This document shows, piece by piece, positions 56,030-62,823 of a stretch of 62,823 nt of DNA. The position numbers and the translations under genes are program-made. How positions within the stretch are numbered: the first letter of the stretch is position 1; each line of letters opens with the position of its first letter. Source of the DNA: a virus (lineage: Duplodnaviria > Caudoviricetes); the IMG/VR virus record IMGVR_UViG_3300032284_001165, positions 1-62,823 of that record. One strand, given 5' to 3'. The notes beneath the pieces were generated by a model that did not search any database, was not told where the DNA came from, and saw only the letters and a program-made list of their open reading frames with translations.

Positions 56030-56345
56030 AGGTTTCGTTCTCATCTAGAATGGCTAAGATCTGCTTCACATGGCCACGTAGTTCTTCTATGTGGTTGTGT
56101 GTAGCTTGGTCTAATCTAAGGTCTTTAGTAATAATCTTGCGGTCTTCGTCTCCCTGACGATTAGTAGCGTTTAATAGTAATCCTGAAAGCAATATAGACT
56201 CGAGCGATACAATCAGAGTTAAGAACATAAATGGGTATGGTTCCACAAAGAACCAAATTGACCATAAAGATAAATGAAATAAGATAAACCAAGGCGTTCC
56301 AAATGCTACAGAAGCCCAGTCGGATAGTCTTTGAAAGTGCTTCAT
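56019..56345 (-). CDS. DUF1003-like membrane protein
   Basis: FG.PWFI.FH..W......PYPF.FLTL.VSLE.I.LS...L...NRQ...D; AAGGAG RBS on the minus strand. Confidence 0.75.
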   Translation of the reverse strand: MKHFQRLSDWASVAFGTPWFILFHLSLWSIWFFVEPYPFMFLTLIVSLESILLSGLLLNATNRQGDEDRKIITKDLRLDQATHNHIEELRGHVKQILAILDENETSIR

Positions 56346-56436
56346 GTATCTCCTTAATTAGATACTTATTTTAACATGACAAGGTGTATTTTTTATAGGA
56401 TAGTACGTGTATTGACATCGTTACACGGGAGATGAA

Positions 56437-56700
56437 ATGAGCAACTCTACTATCAATATTCTTCAAGGAATATCCGCAGCTTTGGCCATATTGGGTGCAG
56501 CTGGTATAGCGTTGCGGTATTTAGTTAAACACTATCTATCAGAGTTAAAGCCTAATCATGGTACATCTCTTAATGATAAGATTAACTTAGAGATACTCCC
56601 TATTCTTAGAGATCTTAAGGCTAATCAAGAAAAGATTGCACTTAAAGTTGCAAAGCTCGAAGGCCGTTTCGAACAACACGTAGACGACGGAGAAGAATAA
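56437..56700 (+). CDS. Single-TM coiled-coil protein of the lysis cassette
   Basis: N-terminal TM, ELKPNHG.SL.D motif, ends LEGRF..H. Confidence 0.6.
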   Translation: MSNSTINILQGISAALAILGAAGIALRYLVKHYLSELKPNHGTSLNDKINLEILPILRDLKANQEKIALKVAKLEGRFEQHVDDGEE

Positions 56701-57182
56701 TGCCTTACACGCCTCGTCCCGGTGACTATGGCGTGGTAAAAACCAACGGCATAGTAGGTAAATTAATTCGTGTAGGTACTCTAAGCCGATGGAATCATGC
56801 GGTTATTTGTATATCAGACGATCTAATTGTTGAGGCTCGCCCTGTAGGCGTACGCTTTGGTAAAGCAAGCAATTATGACCATCTTGCTTGGAATCAACAT
56901 GAATATGGTCTTGATGACGCACAACGCAAAATAATTACAGATTTTGCTGTTGATCAAATTGGTAAACCTTATGGATTTTTTGACATATTTACAATTTTTC
57001 TTCGTATTGTGGGTTTACGTATGCCTCCTGTAAAACTATGGAACAATCTTTCTAAACGTCAAGGATTTATTTGTTCTGAATTAGTAGCAGAGGCTTATAG
57101 TAAGGCTGGTTTTAAGCTAATAAATAAACCTGTTAATCTTGTAACACCGGGGGATTTAGCAGAGAGGTTAATCTATCAGTGA
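56700..57182 (+). CDS. Permuted papain-like (YiiX/YebB, NlpC/P60) hydrolase
   Basis: PGD, W.HA.I, GKPY, ICSELVA.AY, TPGDL (His before Cys). Confidence 0.85.
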   Translation: MPYTPRPGDYGVVKTNGIVGKLIRVGTLSRWNHAVICISDDLIVEARPVGVRFGKASNYDHLAWNQHEYGLDDAQRKIITDFAVDQIGKPYGFFDIFTIFLRIVGLRMPPVKLWNNLSKRQGFICSELVAEAYSKAGFKLINKPVNLVTPGDLAERLIYQ

Positions 57183-57610
57183 CAGATGCCCACACGCAGT
57201 CTATGAATCTGCACTTGGCTATCTCTATACCTGCCCATGAGCCTCGTGAATCAGACCCCCATTATCACTTGTTTAACCAAGCTAAGGCCCGTATAAAAAA
57301 ACAAGGCCTATGGAAATGCATAATCAATGATGATTTATGCTCAGGACAACCCGAGCTTCACCACAGTCATATTGAGTTTAGCCAGGTAAATAACATGGAT
57401 CCAGTTAAAGTTGAGAAGGCTTTTGGTGTGCATTTTGAAAATGATGAAGACTTTCAAAAGTGGATTGAAAGCCCAGGAAATCTTGAAGTACTTTGTATGG
57501 CCCATCACCGTACTCGCTTTGGTATTCATGAAATTCCTGCCCCATTATGGGAAACATTTAGATATCGTAAAACGGGAACAGCCCCTGCAGCGGAAGTGAA
57601 ACATGAGTAG
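57179..57610 (+). CDS. HNH-like/His-Cys protein
   Basis: C....C...ELHH....NL.VLC..HH....GIH. Confidence 0.5.
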   Translation: MTDAHTQSMNLHLAISIPAHEPRESDPHYHLFNQAKARIKKQGLWKCIINDDLCSGQPELHHSHIEFSQVNNMDPVKVEKAFGVHFENDEDFQKWIESPGNLEVLCMAHHRTRFGIHEIPAPLWETFRYRKTGTAPAAEVKHE

Positions 57611-58469
57611 CGGTTTAGATATTGTATTAGAAGCACAAGGACAGCTTGGATTTATAGAGGGACCAAACAACGAAAATCCGTATGGTTCTTGGTATGGTGT
57701 TCCAAACCAACCATATTGCGCGATGTTTGTTAGCTGGGTTTTTAACCAAAAAGGACTATCATCATTGGTTGAAGCAGAAACTAGTAAAGGTTTTAGTTAC
57801 TGTCCTGCCGCTTTAGCACATTTTCAAAAAAACGGACAAGTAGTAGGTAAATATGATGGACAACCTGGTGATTTAGTGTTCTTTAACTTTTCAGGTAACG
57901 GGCAGGCAGAACATGTAGGCATCATAGAAGGCGCAAGCTCTGATGGAATAACTACTATTGAGGCAAATACTTCACCTGACCATGCTACAGGTAGCCAAGC
58001 TAATGGCATAGGTGTGTTTAGGCGCCACCGTCCCTATCTTGGGGTTATGGCAATAGTTCGCCCTAAATATCCTAGTGCGGTTAAACCTTCTTCGAGTAAA
58101 TCTTTAAATAATAAAGGATTGGCTACAGGTGTTGCCGGTATTACTGCATTAGGTGGTGCTGGGGCTGCAGGCGTTACCCACAATACTTCCACAGGTCCTA
58201 CTACTAAGACTGTTGTTATAGCCGCACCTCCATTTCCAGGAAGTTCAACATTTAAAGTAGGGGCTAAAGGAAAAGCAGAACTTATAGTGGCCCGTGCTTT
58301 AGCAAATGCGGGGTTGCTTCCAGCAAACTTAGTTTCTGATGTTCTTACGGATGCTGAAATAGCACTTATTCCCGTTTATCAATCCAGATATCCTGGACTT
58401 AAAAAAGAAAAGGGTAAAGGTATTGGGCCGTTTACCTATGCCTCTATGGTGGCAAAGGCAGGCTCATGA
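57603..58469 (+). CDS. Endolysin (CHAP amidase)
   Basis: N.YG.WYG....PYCAMFVSW, PGDLVFF, HVGI......TIE.NT. Confidence 0.88.
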   Translation: MSSGLDIVLEAQGQLGFIEGPNNENPYGSWYGVPNQPYCAMFVSWVFNQKGLSSLVEAETSKGFSYCPAALAHFQKNGQVVGKYDGQPGDLVFFNFSGNGQAEHVGIIEGASSDGITTIEANTSPDHATGSQANGIGVFRRHRPYLGVMAIVRPKYPSAVKPSSSKSLNNKGLATGVAGITALGGAGAAGVTHNTSTGPTTKTVVIAAPPFPGSSTFKVGAKGKAELIVARALANAGLLPANLVSDVLTDAEIALIPVYQSRYPGLKKEKGKGIGPFTYASMVAKAGS

Positions 58470-58474
58470 ATTGT

Positions 58475-58503
58475 TTGCAGCCGTTATCTTTTCGTGCTAG
58501 AAT
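58475..58503 (+). promoter_or_regulatory. Promoter TTGCAG-17-TAGAAT with extended TGn
   Basis: TTGCAG 58475-80, TGC then TAGAAT 58498-503. Confidence 0.55.
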
Positions 58504-58530
58504 ATTTGATGAGGGGTTGGGGGTTTAAAA

Positions 58531-58761
58531 ATGATTAAGTTCAACTTTAAAAGCCCAGTGTCTATGGGTATAGCTAGCACTGCAGGGTTTACAGCCTGGG
58601 CTAACTCAGGTTTTCAACCTGATGTAAAGCACATTGGACTGGCAATATCTGCGGCTTTAGCTGGTTCAGCTCAGCCACACTTTTCGTCCTCTCAGCCGAA
58701 TATCTCGGCAGATTCACACATCGTAACACCATATGTTAACAACATGGAACAGGATAAATAA
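58531..58761 (+). CDS. Small holin-like/membrane protein
   Basis: Two short hydrophobic segments; follows the endolysin. Confidence 0.45.
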   Translation: MIKFNFKSPVSMGIASTAGFTAWANSGFQPDVKHIGLAISAALAGSAQPHFSSSQPNISADSHIVTPYVNNMEQDK

Positions 58762-58944
58762 ATGAACGCAAAGACAAAATCACTCGTTGAACACTATGTA
58801 TATGCAACTGCCGCTGCAGGCGTAGCAATCTGGCAAACAGGGGACCACGACCTTAAGAAGGTTGCTTGGGCTGCTCTTGTTGGTGTACTTGGTCCAGTCC
58901 TAAAGGCTGCTATCGACCACGCTACAAAGCCAGCATCTAAGTAA
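58762..58944 (+). CDS. Holin-like protein
   Basis: Two hydrophobic helices (AALVGVLGPVLKA), basic termini. Confidence 0.55.
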   Translation: MNAKTKSLVEHYVYATAAAGVAIWQTGDHDLKKVAWAALVGVLGPVLKAAIDHATKPASK

Positions 58945-58956
58945 GTATTTAATGCC

Positions 58957-58989
58957 AAAGCCCCGGGGATTACACCCTCGGGGCTTTAG
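58957..58989 (+). terminator. Intrinsic terminator (possibly bidirectional)
   Basis: aaagccccgggg-attacac-cctcggggcttt. Confidence 0.7.
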
Positions 58990-59027
58990 TATTTACTGTA
59001 TGATAGGTAGGTCTAAGGGAGCACTAA

Positions 59028-59573
59028 ATGCCTCAATCGCATCAAAACTGGCAGTACCTCGGTGCTAGCGGTTATATAGGAGCGTACACTACTACAGGTG
59101 GTGGCGGTACTCCTGTTACACCGCGTTCTGGTATGGATTTTCTTCGCATGGGTGTTGGTCGTGCCCCACAAGCTGAGTATCCTGATGGTTACCTAGGAAC
59201 AATTCGTACACGCCGAGATGATAAAGGTAAGCCATTCTCAGTAGGCGATACAGTTTTAGATTCATTAAAGAATCGTCAGAATCAACGTGCTTACCAACGC
59301 GGTGTTCACCGTGGTGAGCGTATCGATCCTGCTCAATATCTGTGGCCAGAAAATCTTGAGCCAGATAGAAGAGTCAAAAACAAAAACTACCAACTCACAG
59401 AAGTTGAGGGGGCAGTGGTGTATCTCGGTAAGAGAAATGCACCTAAGATGGCTTTGGCTCCAGCACCTCATTTAGTTAATGATGGTAAGAGTAATATTTC
59501 ATCCAATGTACCTGCGGAATTTAATCCACGTATTGCTCAAAACTTCACCCATCTAGCACCTCAATGGAAATAA
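59028..59573 (+). CDS. Hypothetical protein
   Basis: AAGGGAG RBS; ORF track. Confidence 0.65.
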   Translation: MPQSHQNWQYLGASGYIGAYTTTGGGGTPVTPRSGMDFLRMGVGRAPQAEYPDGYLGTIRTRRDDKGKPFSVGDTVLDSLKNRQNQRAYQRGVHRGERIDPAQYLWPENLEPDRRVKNKNYQLTEVEGAVVYLGKRNAPKMALAPAPHLVNDGKSNISSNVPAEFNPRIAQNFTHLAPQWK

Positions 59574-59574
59574 A

Positions 59575-59937
59575 ATGGCTGAAGAAGAATTCTATAATCA
59601 TAGAGAAGTTGCTGAGCTTTTTGGTATACATCCAGATACGGTTCACAAGCTTACACGTATTAATAGAATTCCTGTAGAGCGTAGAAAAAAACCAGGTTTA
59701 AACGATCAGCATACTCTTCATTACCCTAAAGATGCAATCCATGCATTACAAGATAAGTTAAAACGAGGAATAAGCGGAAGAGCACTTCGTGAGGCCTCCC
59801 GTCCAACCTCCACACCACAGGCTGAACAAATAAATGGCGTACAATCTTTTCCTTGTGATTCTTGCGGCATAGATGTACCTATTGGAGACGTTGTCTCTCA
59901 TACTCGTTTTCACGAAAGAGAAGGATTAGGTTTCTAA
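59575..59937 (+). CDS. Excisionase/MerR-like HTH protein with C-terminal C2H2-like motif
   Basis: EVAELFGIHPDTV; CDSC...H..FH. Confidence 0.65.
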   Translation: MAEEEFYNHREVAELFGIHPDTVHKLTRINRIPVERRKKPGLNDQHTLHYPKDAIHALQDKLKRGISGRALREASRPTSTPQAEQINGVQSFPCDSCGIDVPIGDVVSHTRFHEREGLGF

Positions 59938-60296
59938 TGGAAAATCAAAATAGTGTCTATGATTATAGTAAGGGTCGCCCCATAACTAACGAGGATCCAG
60001 ATCCTTCGCTGCTTCGCTATGATTTTATGGGCCCGTTTGCTAATGCTCAAGAAGCATTTATGGCCCGCGCTCTTAAGTCTGCTACTATGCCTGCAGCTCT
60101 ACTTACAGATTTAATTCGTCCACCTCTTCCTCAAATACAGCTATTCCCCCCTAAGTTTGGGTATCGTACCCGTGCTTTGGGTATTGAGGATGTAATGGAC
60201 GTTAATCAAACATTCTCCCCAACTCGTGTAGACTTTACTCGTGAGCCTGGTGGATACCAGGGCACAGCCCGTAACGTCTCAGAAAGCGTCTGGTAA
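59937..60296 (+). CDS. Hypothetical protein
   Basis: ATG overlaps the previous stop (TAATG). Confidence 0.6.
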   Translation: MENQNSVYDYSKGRPITNEDPDPSLLRYDFMGPFANAQEAFMARALKSATMPAALLTDLIRPPLPQIQLFPPKFGYRTRALGIEDVMDVNQTFSPTRVDFTREPGGYQGTARNVSESVW

Positions 60297-60297
60297 C

Positions 60298-60552
60298 ATG
60301 GCTAAAAGAAACTATCCTGAAGATAAAAAACTATTTACTCCATCAGAAGCAGGAGAAATTCTTGGGGTTGACCCAAAAACAGTAACCTCATATACCAAAC
60401 CAGGTGGAAAAGATAAAGATGTTAAGCCAAAGCTAGATGCTGTGTTGACTCCTGGTGGAACCCGGCGCATCACAGCAGACAGCTTGGTTTCATCAGGTGT
60501 TTGCAGAAAATGTTGGACATTAAGAAGCTTGGGCGGTCAATGTGAGTGCTGA
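60298..60552 (+). CDS. BldC-like MerR-type HTH protein
   Basis: LFTPSEA.EILGVDPKTVT.......KL....TPGG.RRI resembles Streptomyces BldC. Confidence 0.7.
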   Translation: MAKRNYPEDKKLFTPSEAGEILGVDPKTVTSYTKPGGKDKDVKPKLDAVLTPGGTRRITADSLVSSGVCRKCWTLRSLGGQCEC

Positions 60553-60631
60553 GGATGTCTCAACTCTAACTATCTATGATGGTATAGTTATGTGCCGTAG
60601 TTTCAGAATCGGTGTGGTAAATGGCGATTGA
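60542..60631 (+). pseudogene. Truncated duplicate of the 5' end of the gene at 60956
   Basis: EDVSTLTIYDG...CR versus DDISTLTIYDG...CR; shared tctcaac..taactatctatgatggta. Confidence 0.6.
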
Positions 60632-60956
60632 CAAACAAGCTTGGTACCGTAGACTGCACTTAGAGGACGCTATGAAAGAGCAAGAGATACGACAAAAATA
60701 CAAGATGCCACCTTTAGAGGGCCCTAGAGGAATGGGGCATGATGATGATTGCCCAGAGTGTAGTGCTGTAAGATCTAATGGTAAAAAAAGCGTTAACTTT
60801 GTAAAAGATCATGCTAATGACCCTAAGCAAAAAACATACAGAGATCCCCCAAGCAATTTAAACCACGGCAACGAGTGCCCATACTGCAACGAAGCTGTTC
60901 TAAATACTATTGGCCGTAACAACCATTTTGATATAGGCGGAAATGAGGGTAAATAA
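60621..60956 (+). CDS. Hypothetical protein with two H...CPxC motifs
   Basis: HDDDCPEC and HGNECPYC. Confidence 0.6.
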   Translation: MAIDKQAWYRRLHLEDAMKEQEIRQKYKMPPLEGPRGMGHDDDCPECSAVRSNGKKSVNFVKDHANDPKQKTYRDPPSNLNHGNECPYCNEAVLNTIGRNNHFDIGGNEGK

Positions 60957-61129
60957 TGGATGACATCTCAACGTTAACTATCTATGATGGTACTTTGCCA
61001 TGTAGAAAGTGTGGGTACCCTATGACTCCTCTGGAAGCTATGTATAGTGATGATGGTTTATGCCCTTACTGCCGTAATGAAAAGTATGAAAAGCATGCTG
61101 AGGGGTTGATGGTTGATGGAGAAAGGTAA
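60956..61129 (+). CDS. Small zinc-finger protein MDDISTLTIYDGTLPCRKCG...LCPYCRN (not in ORF track)
   Basis: 57-aa ORF, TAATG coupling, CxxC...CxxC. Confidence 0.7.
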   Translation: MDDISTLTIYDGTLPCRKCGYPMTPLEAMYSDDGLCPYCRNEKYEKHAEGLMVDGER

Positions 61130-61328
61130 GCAGTTTAAGTCTGTAGAGAGTTGGGAGAAAATGGCACGCCATGCCAAGTGGGTAGGCGGGCAAGCAAGTA
61201 AGCTCAATCCCGGATCTTCAGCAGCTGAATCAAAGCGTAGACAGGGCAAGAAGTTTAAAGCTCGGGGTAAAAAGGTTATCCGCCCACGGATTCCTAAGTA
61301 TCATAACCCTGACAATAGAGAGAAATAA
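61116..61328 (+). CDS. Small basic protein
   Basis: ORF track; GAGGGG upstream. Confidence 0.55.
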   Translation: MEKGKQFKSVESWEKMARHAKWVGGQASKLNPGSSAAESKRRQGKKFKARGKKVIRPRIPKYHNPDNREK

Positions 61329-61344
61329 AGGAATAATTACACCC

Positions 61345-61521
61345 ATGGCACAAAATAAGAAGCACAAGGTTAAAGACCCTCATGGTAAGGATATGGACTA
61401 CAAAGTCCAACCTATCAAGGTAATGACTATGGAGCAAAAAGAAAAGGCTAAGGCAGATGCTAAGGCTAAAGCTAAACCAGCCATAGCAGGACAAGCAAAG
61501 AAAAAGGCTAAAAAGAAATGA
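61345..61521 (+). CDS. Small Lys/Ala-rich protein MAQNKKHKVKDPHG... (not in ORF track)
   Basis: 58-aa ORF after AAGGA; ATGA overlap with the next ORF. Confidence 0.6.
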   Translation: MAQNKKHKVKDPHGKDMDYKVQPIKVMTMEQKEKAKADAKAKAKPAIAGQAKKKAKKK

Positions 61522-61697
61522 CAATAAGTTATCTTGAAAATCGCGCAGCACATCGCCGCGCTATTAGCTATAGCCGTGCTCAAGAGCTTGGCCATAATGA
61601 TTTTGCAGGAAACGTAAACAATACTTCAGCTGCAGCTGGGGTACCAAATGTAAGCTATGGAGCAGAAGCTCCAAAGAATGATCAGGAGCGACCATGA
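61518..61697 (+). CDS. Small protein MTISYLENRAAHRRA... (not in ORF track)
   Basis: 59-aa ORF with ATGA overlaps at both ends. Confidence 0.6.
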   Translation: MTISYLENRAAHRRAISYSRAQELGHNDFAGNVNNTSAAAGVPNVSYGAEAPKNDQERP

Positions 61698-62059
61698 CGT
61701 ATCTACCACGTAGAGAAAATCGTGCTAAGCGTAAAGCGAAGGCATTTAAAGCCACTAATAATAGTATAGGAAAGCACCAGTCTGCTATGGATGCTATTGA
61801 AACTGCGTCCTTGAGTGGTGATCCTCAGTTAAAAGAGACTTATTGGGACGGTAATACAGGCTCTTATTCTTCCGTATATACGCACGTACCACCAAGATCT
61901 GTAAACATTGTAGGTTCACCAGAACAAAAAACAAATAAATATGCTAGAGAAGGTAAACTAACTCAGGGTGAAACTATGCAGTACAAAGCAGAACATCATC
62001 TTAACAGATTACTTAACGATGACAGACTATTTAACGAAGGAAATAAGGAGAATAAGTAA
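61694..62059 (+). CDS. Hypothetical protein
   Basis: AGGAG RBS; ORF track. Confidence 0.6.
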   Translation: MTYLPRRENRAKRKAKAFKATNNSIGKHQSAMDAIETASLSGDPQLKETYWDGNTGSYSSVYTHVPPRSVNIVGSPEQKTNKYAREGKLTQGETMQYKAEHHLNRLLNDDRLFNEGNKENK

Positions 62060-62337
62060 TGCGTACAGAAAACAAGTCACTAAACAATAGCGTTAAAGAA
62101 GGCGCTACTGACGGTAAGTACCGTAAGGTACGCCCAAACACAACTGTTGCTCCAGGCACCGGTGAAGATATTATGCTTGCAAATCGTCGTGCTTTGCACC
62201 CATACTGGAACTATGATTTTATTGATCAAGAGTCACCTTCAAAGGTTGCTCCAGGAGATATGACTGCCGGCTCAAAGCCTCGTCCAGCTATGCCTGTAGA
62301 TCACATCTCTAATGATCAGATGTTAGGTACATACTAA
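62059..62337 (+). CDS. Hypothetical protein
   Basis: AAGGAG RBS; ORF track. Confidence 0.6.
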   Translation: MRTENKSLNNSVKEGATDGKYRKVRPNTTVAPGTGEDIMLANRRALHPYWNYDFIDQESPSKVAPGDMTAGSKPRPAMPVDHISNDQMLGTY

Positions 62338-62341
62338 TATT

Positions 62342-62632
62342 GTGGAAGAAACTCCAGACAATGTAGTCAAATTTCCTATGACTAGAGCTATGCGCTTTCG
62401 GCATTCCGTAAATAAAGCTAAAGATGCATTGTTTGAACCTGAGCAGGACACCCATGAAACAAAAGAACCCGTAGCAGAAGAGCCGCTAAGGCAAGAACAT
62501 TTTGAAGTAGGTCAGCAAGAAGCAACGATTCATTCCTTGCGTGATCAACAGATTAAGCGCAATATGCGAGCTGGGGATGAAAGTGTAATGAAGATTATTA
62601 ATATGGAAGACCCAACAAAGGATGAACTATGA
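62342..62632 (+). CDS. Hypothetical protein
   Basis: ORF track; NVVKFP motif. Confidence 0.5.
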   Translation: MEETPDNVVKFPMTRAMRFRHSVNKAKDALFEPEQDTHETKEPVAEEPLRQEHFEVGQQEATIHSLRDQQIKRNMRAGDESVMKIINMEDPTKDEL

Positions 62633-62666
62633 CCACAGTAACTACTAGAAATACAGGTAAAACAAC

Positions 62667-62823
62667 ATGAGCGACTCAAATAACCTTAGCCCTAAACAAG
62701 TTAATCCTCTAGAAAAAACTGCTGGATTTGAAAATCCACATGGTAAATGGTCATTTAAAGTTGGGGATATTGTTAATATGGCTGCTAGTAAAGGTAAGTT
62801 AAATACCTTTAATCCTCAGATAT
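62667..62823 (+). CDS. Hypothetical protein, truncated by the window end
   Basis: ATG at 62667, open to the end (MSDSNNLSPKQVNPLEK...). Confidence 0.5.
   Translation, partial: MSDSNNLSPKQVNPLEKTAGFENPHGKWSFKVGDIVNMAASKGKLNTFNPQI

Noticed and set aside
61294-61755. Minus-strand ORFs listed in the track near the right end
   Set aside because: The plus strand is fully tiled by coupled small ORFs with RBSs; the minus ORFs are shadows
1-62823. tRNA genes, integrase, reverse transcriptase, terminase/portal, introns or inteins, stop-codon reassignment
   Set aside because: None recognised by eye; intergenic gaps are short, PolA/DnaB/RecA are of normal length and genes read through in the standard code. 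Packaging genes presumably lie outside the window

Overview
This window is a ~63 kb, almost entirely plus-strand piece of a contractile-tailed (myovirus-like) bacteriophage genome. Two WhiB-family regulators, a BldC-like HTH protein and several apparently leaderless genes point to an actinobacterial host. The sequence is visibly AT-richer than typical Actinobacteria, so a low-GC freshwater lineage is plausible (inference). Gene order is: major capsid and head completion (1-2.8 kb); six Gly-X-Gln collagen-like or fibre genes and two 7-repeat beta-propeller adhesins (2.8-13.8 kb); a glycosyltransferase/TPR/glycosidase-like cassette (13.8-16.8 kb); neck and small basic proteins; sheath, tube, chaperone, tape measure with M23 peptidase, and baseplate (18-37.3 kb); replication and recombination genes (initiator, DnaC, DnaB, primase, SNF2, SSB, PolA, RecA, resolvases, Cas4-like; 37.6-53.8 kb); SpoVS, a metallophosphoesterase, a lysis cassette and small unknown genes (54-62.8 kb). 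I saw no tRNA, CRISPR array, integrase or reverse transcriptase. The most notable observations are: DGR-like NNY codon variation in 14 propeller repeats with no RT in view; hairpins that display an anti-Shine-Dalgarno sequence in the loop; a start-less ORF reachable by a +1 frameshift at TTT-CGT-TGA; a spike OB-fold interrupted by a His-rich insert; an unannotated QLSLF clamp-binding peptide; a metallothionein-like peptide; and a candidate origin palindrome inside the initiator gene. All function calls come from motif recognition by eye, not from database searches.
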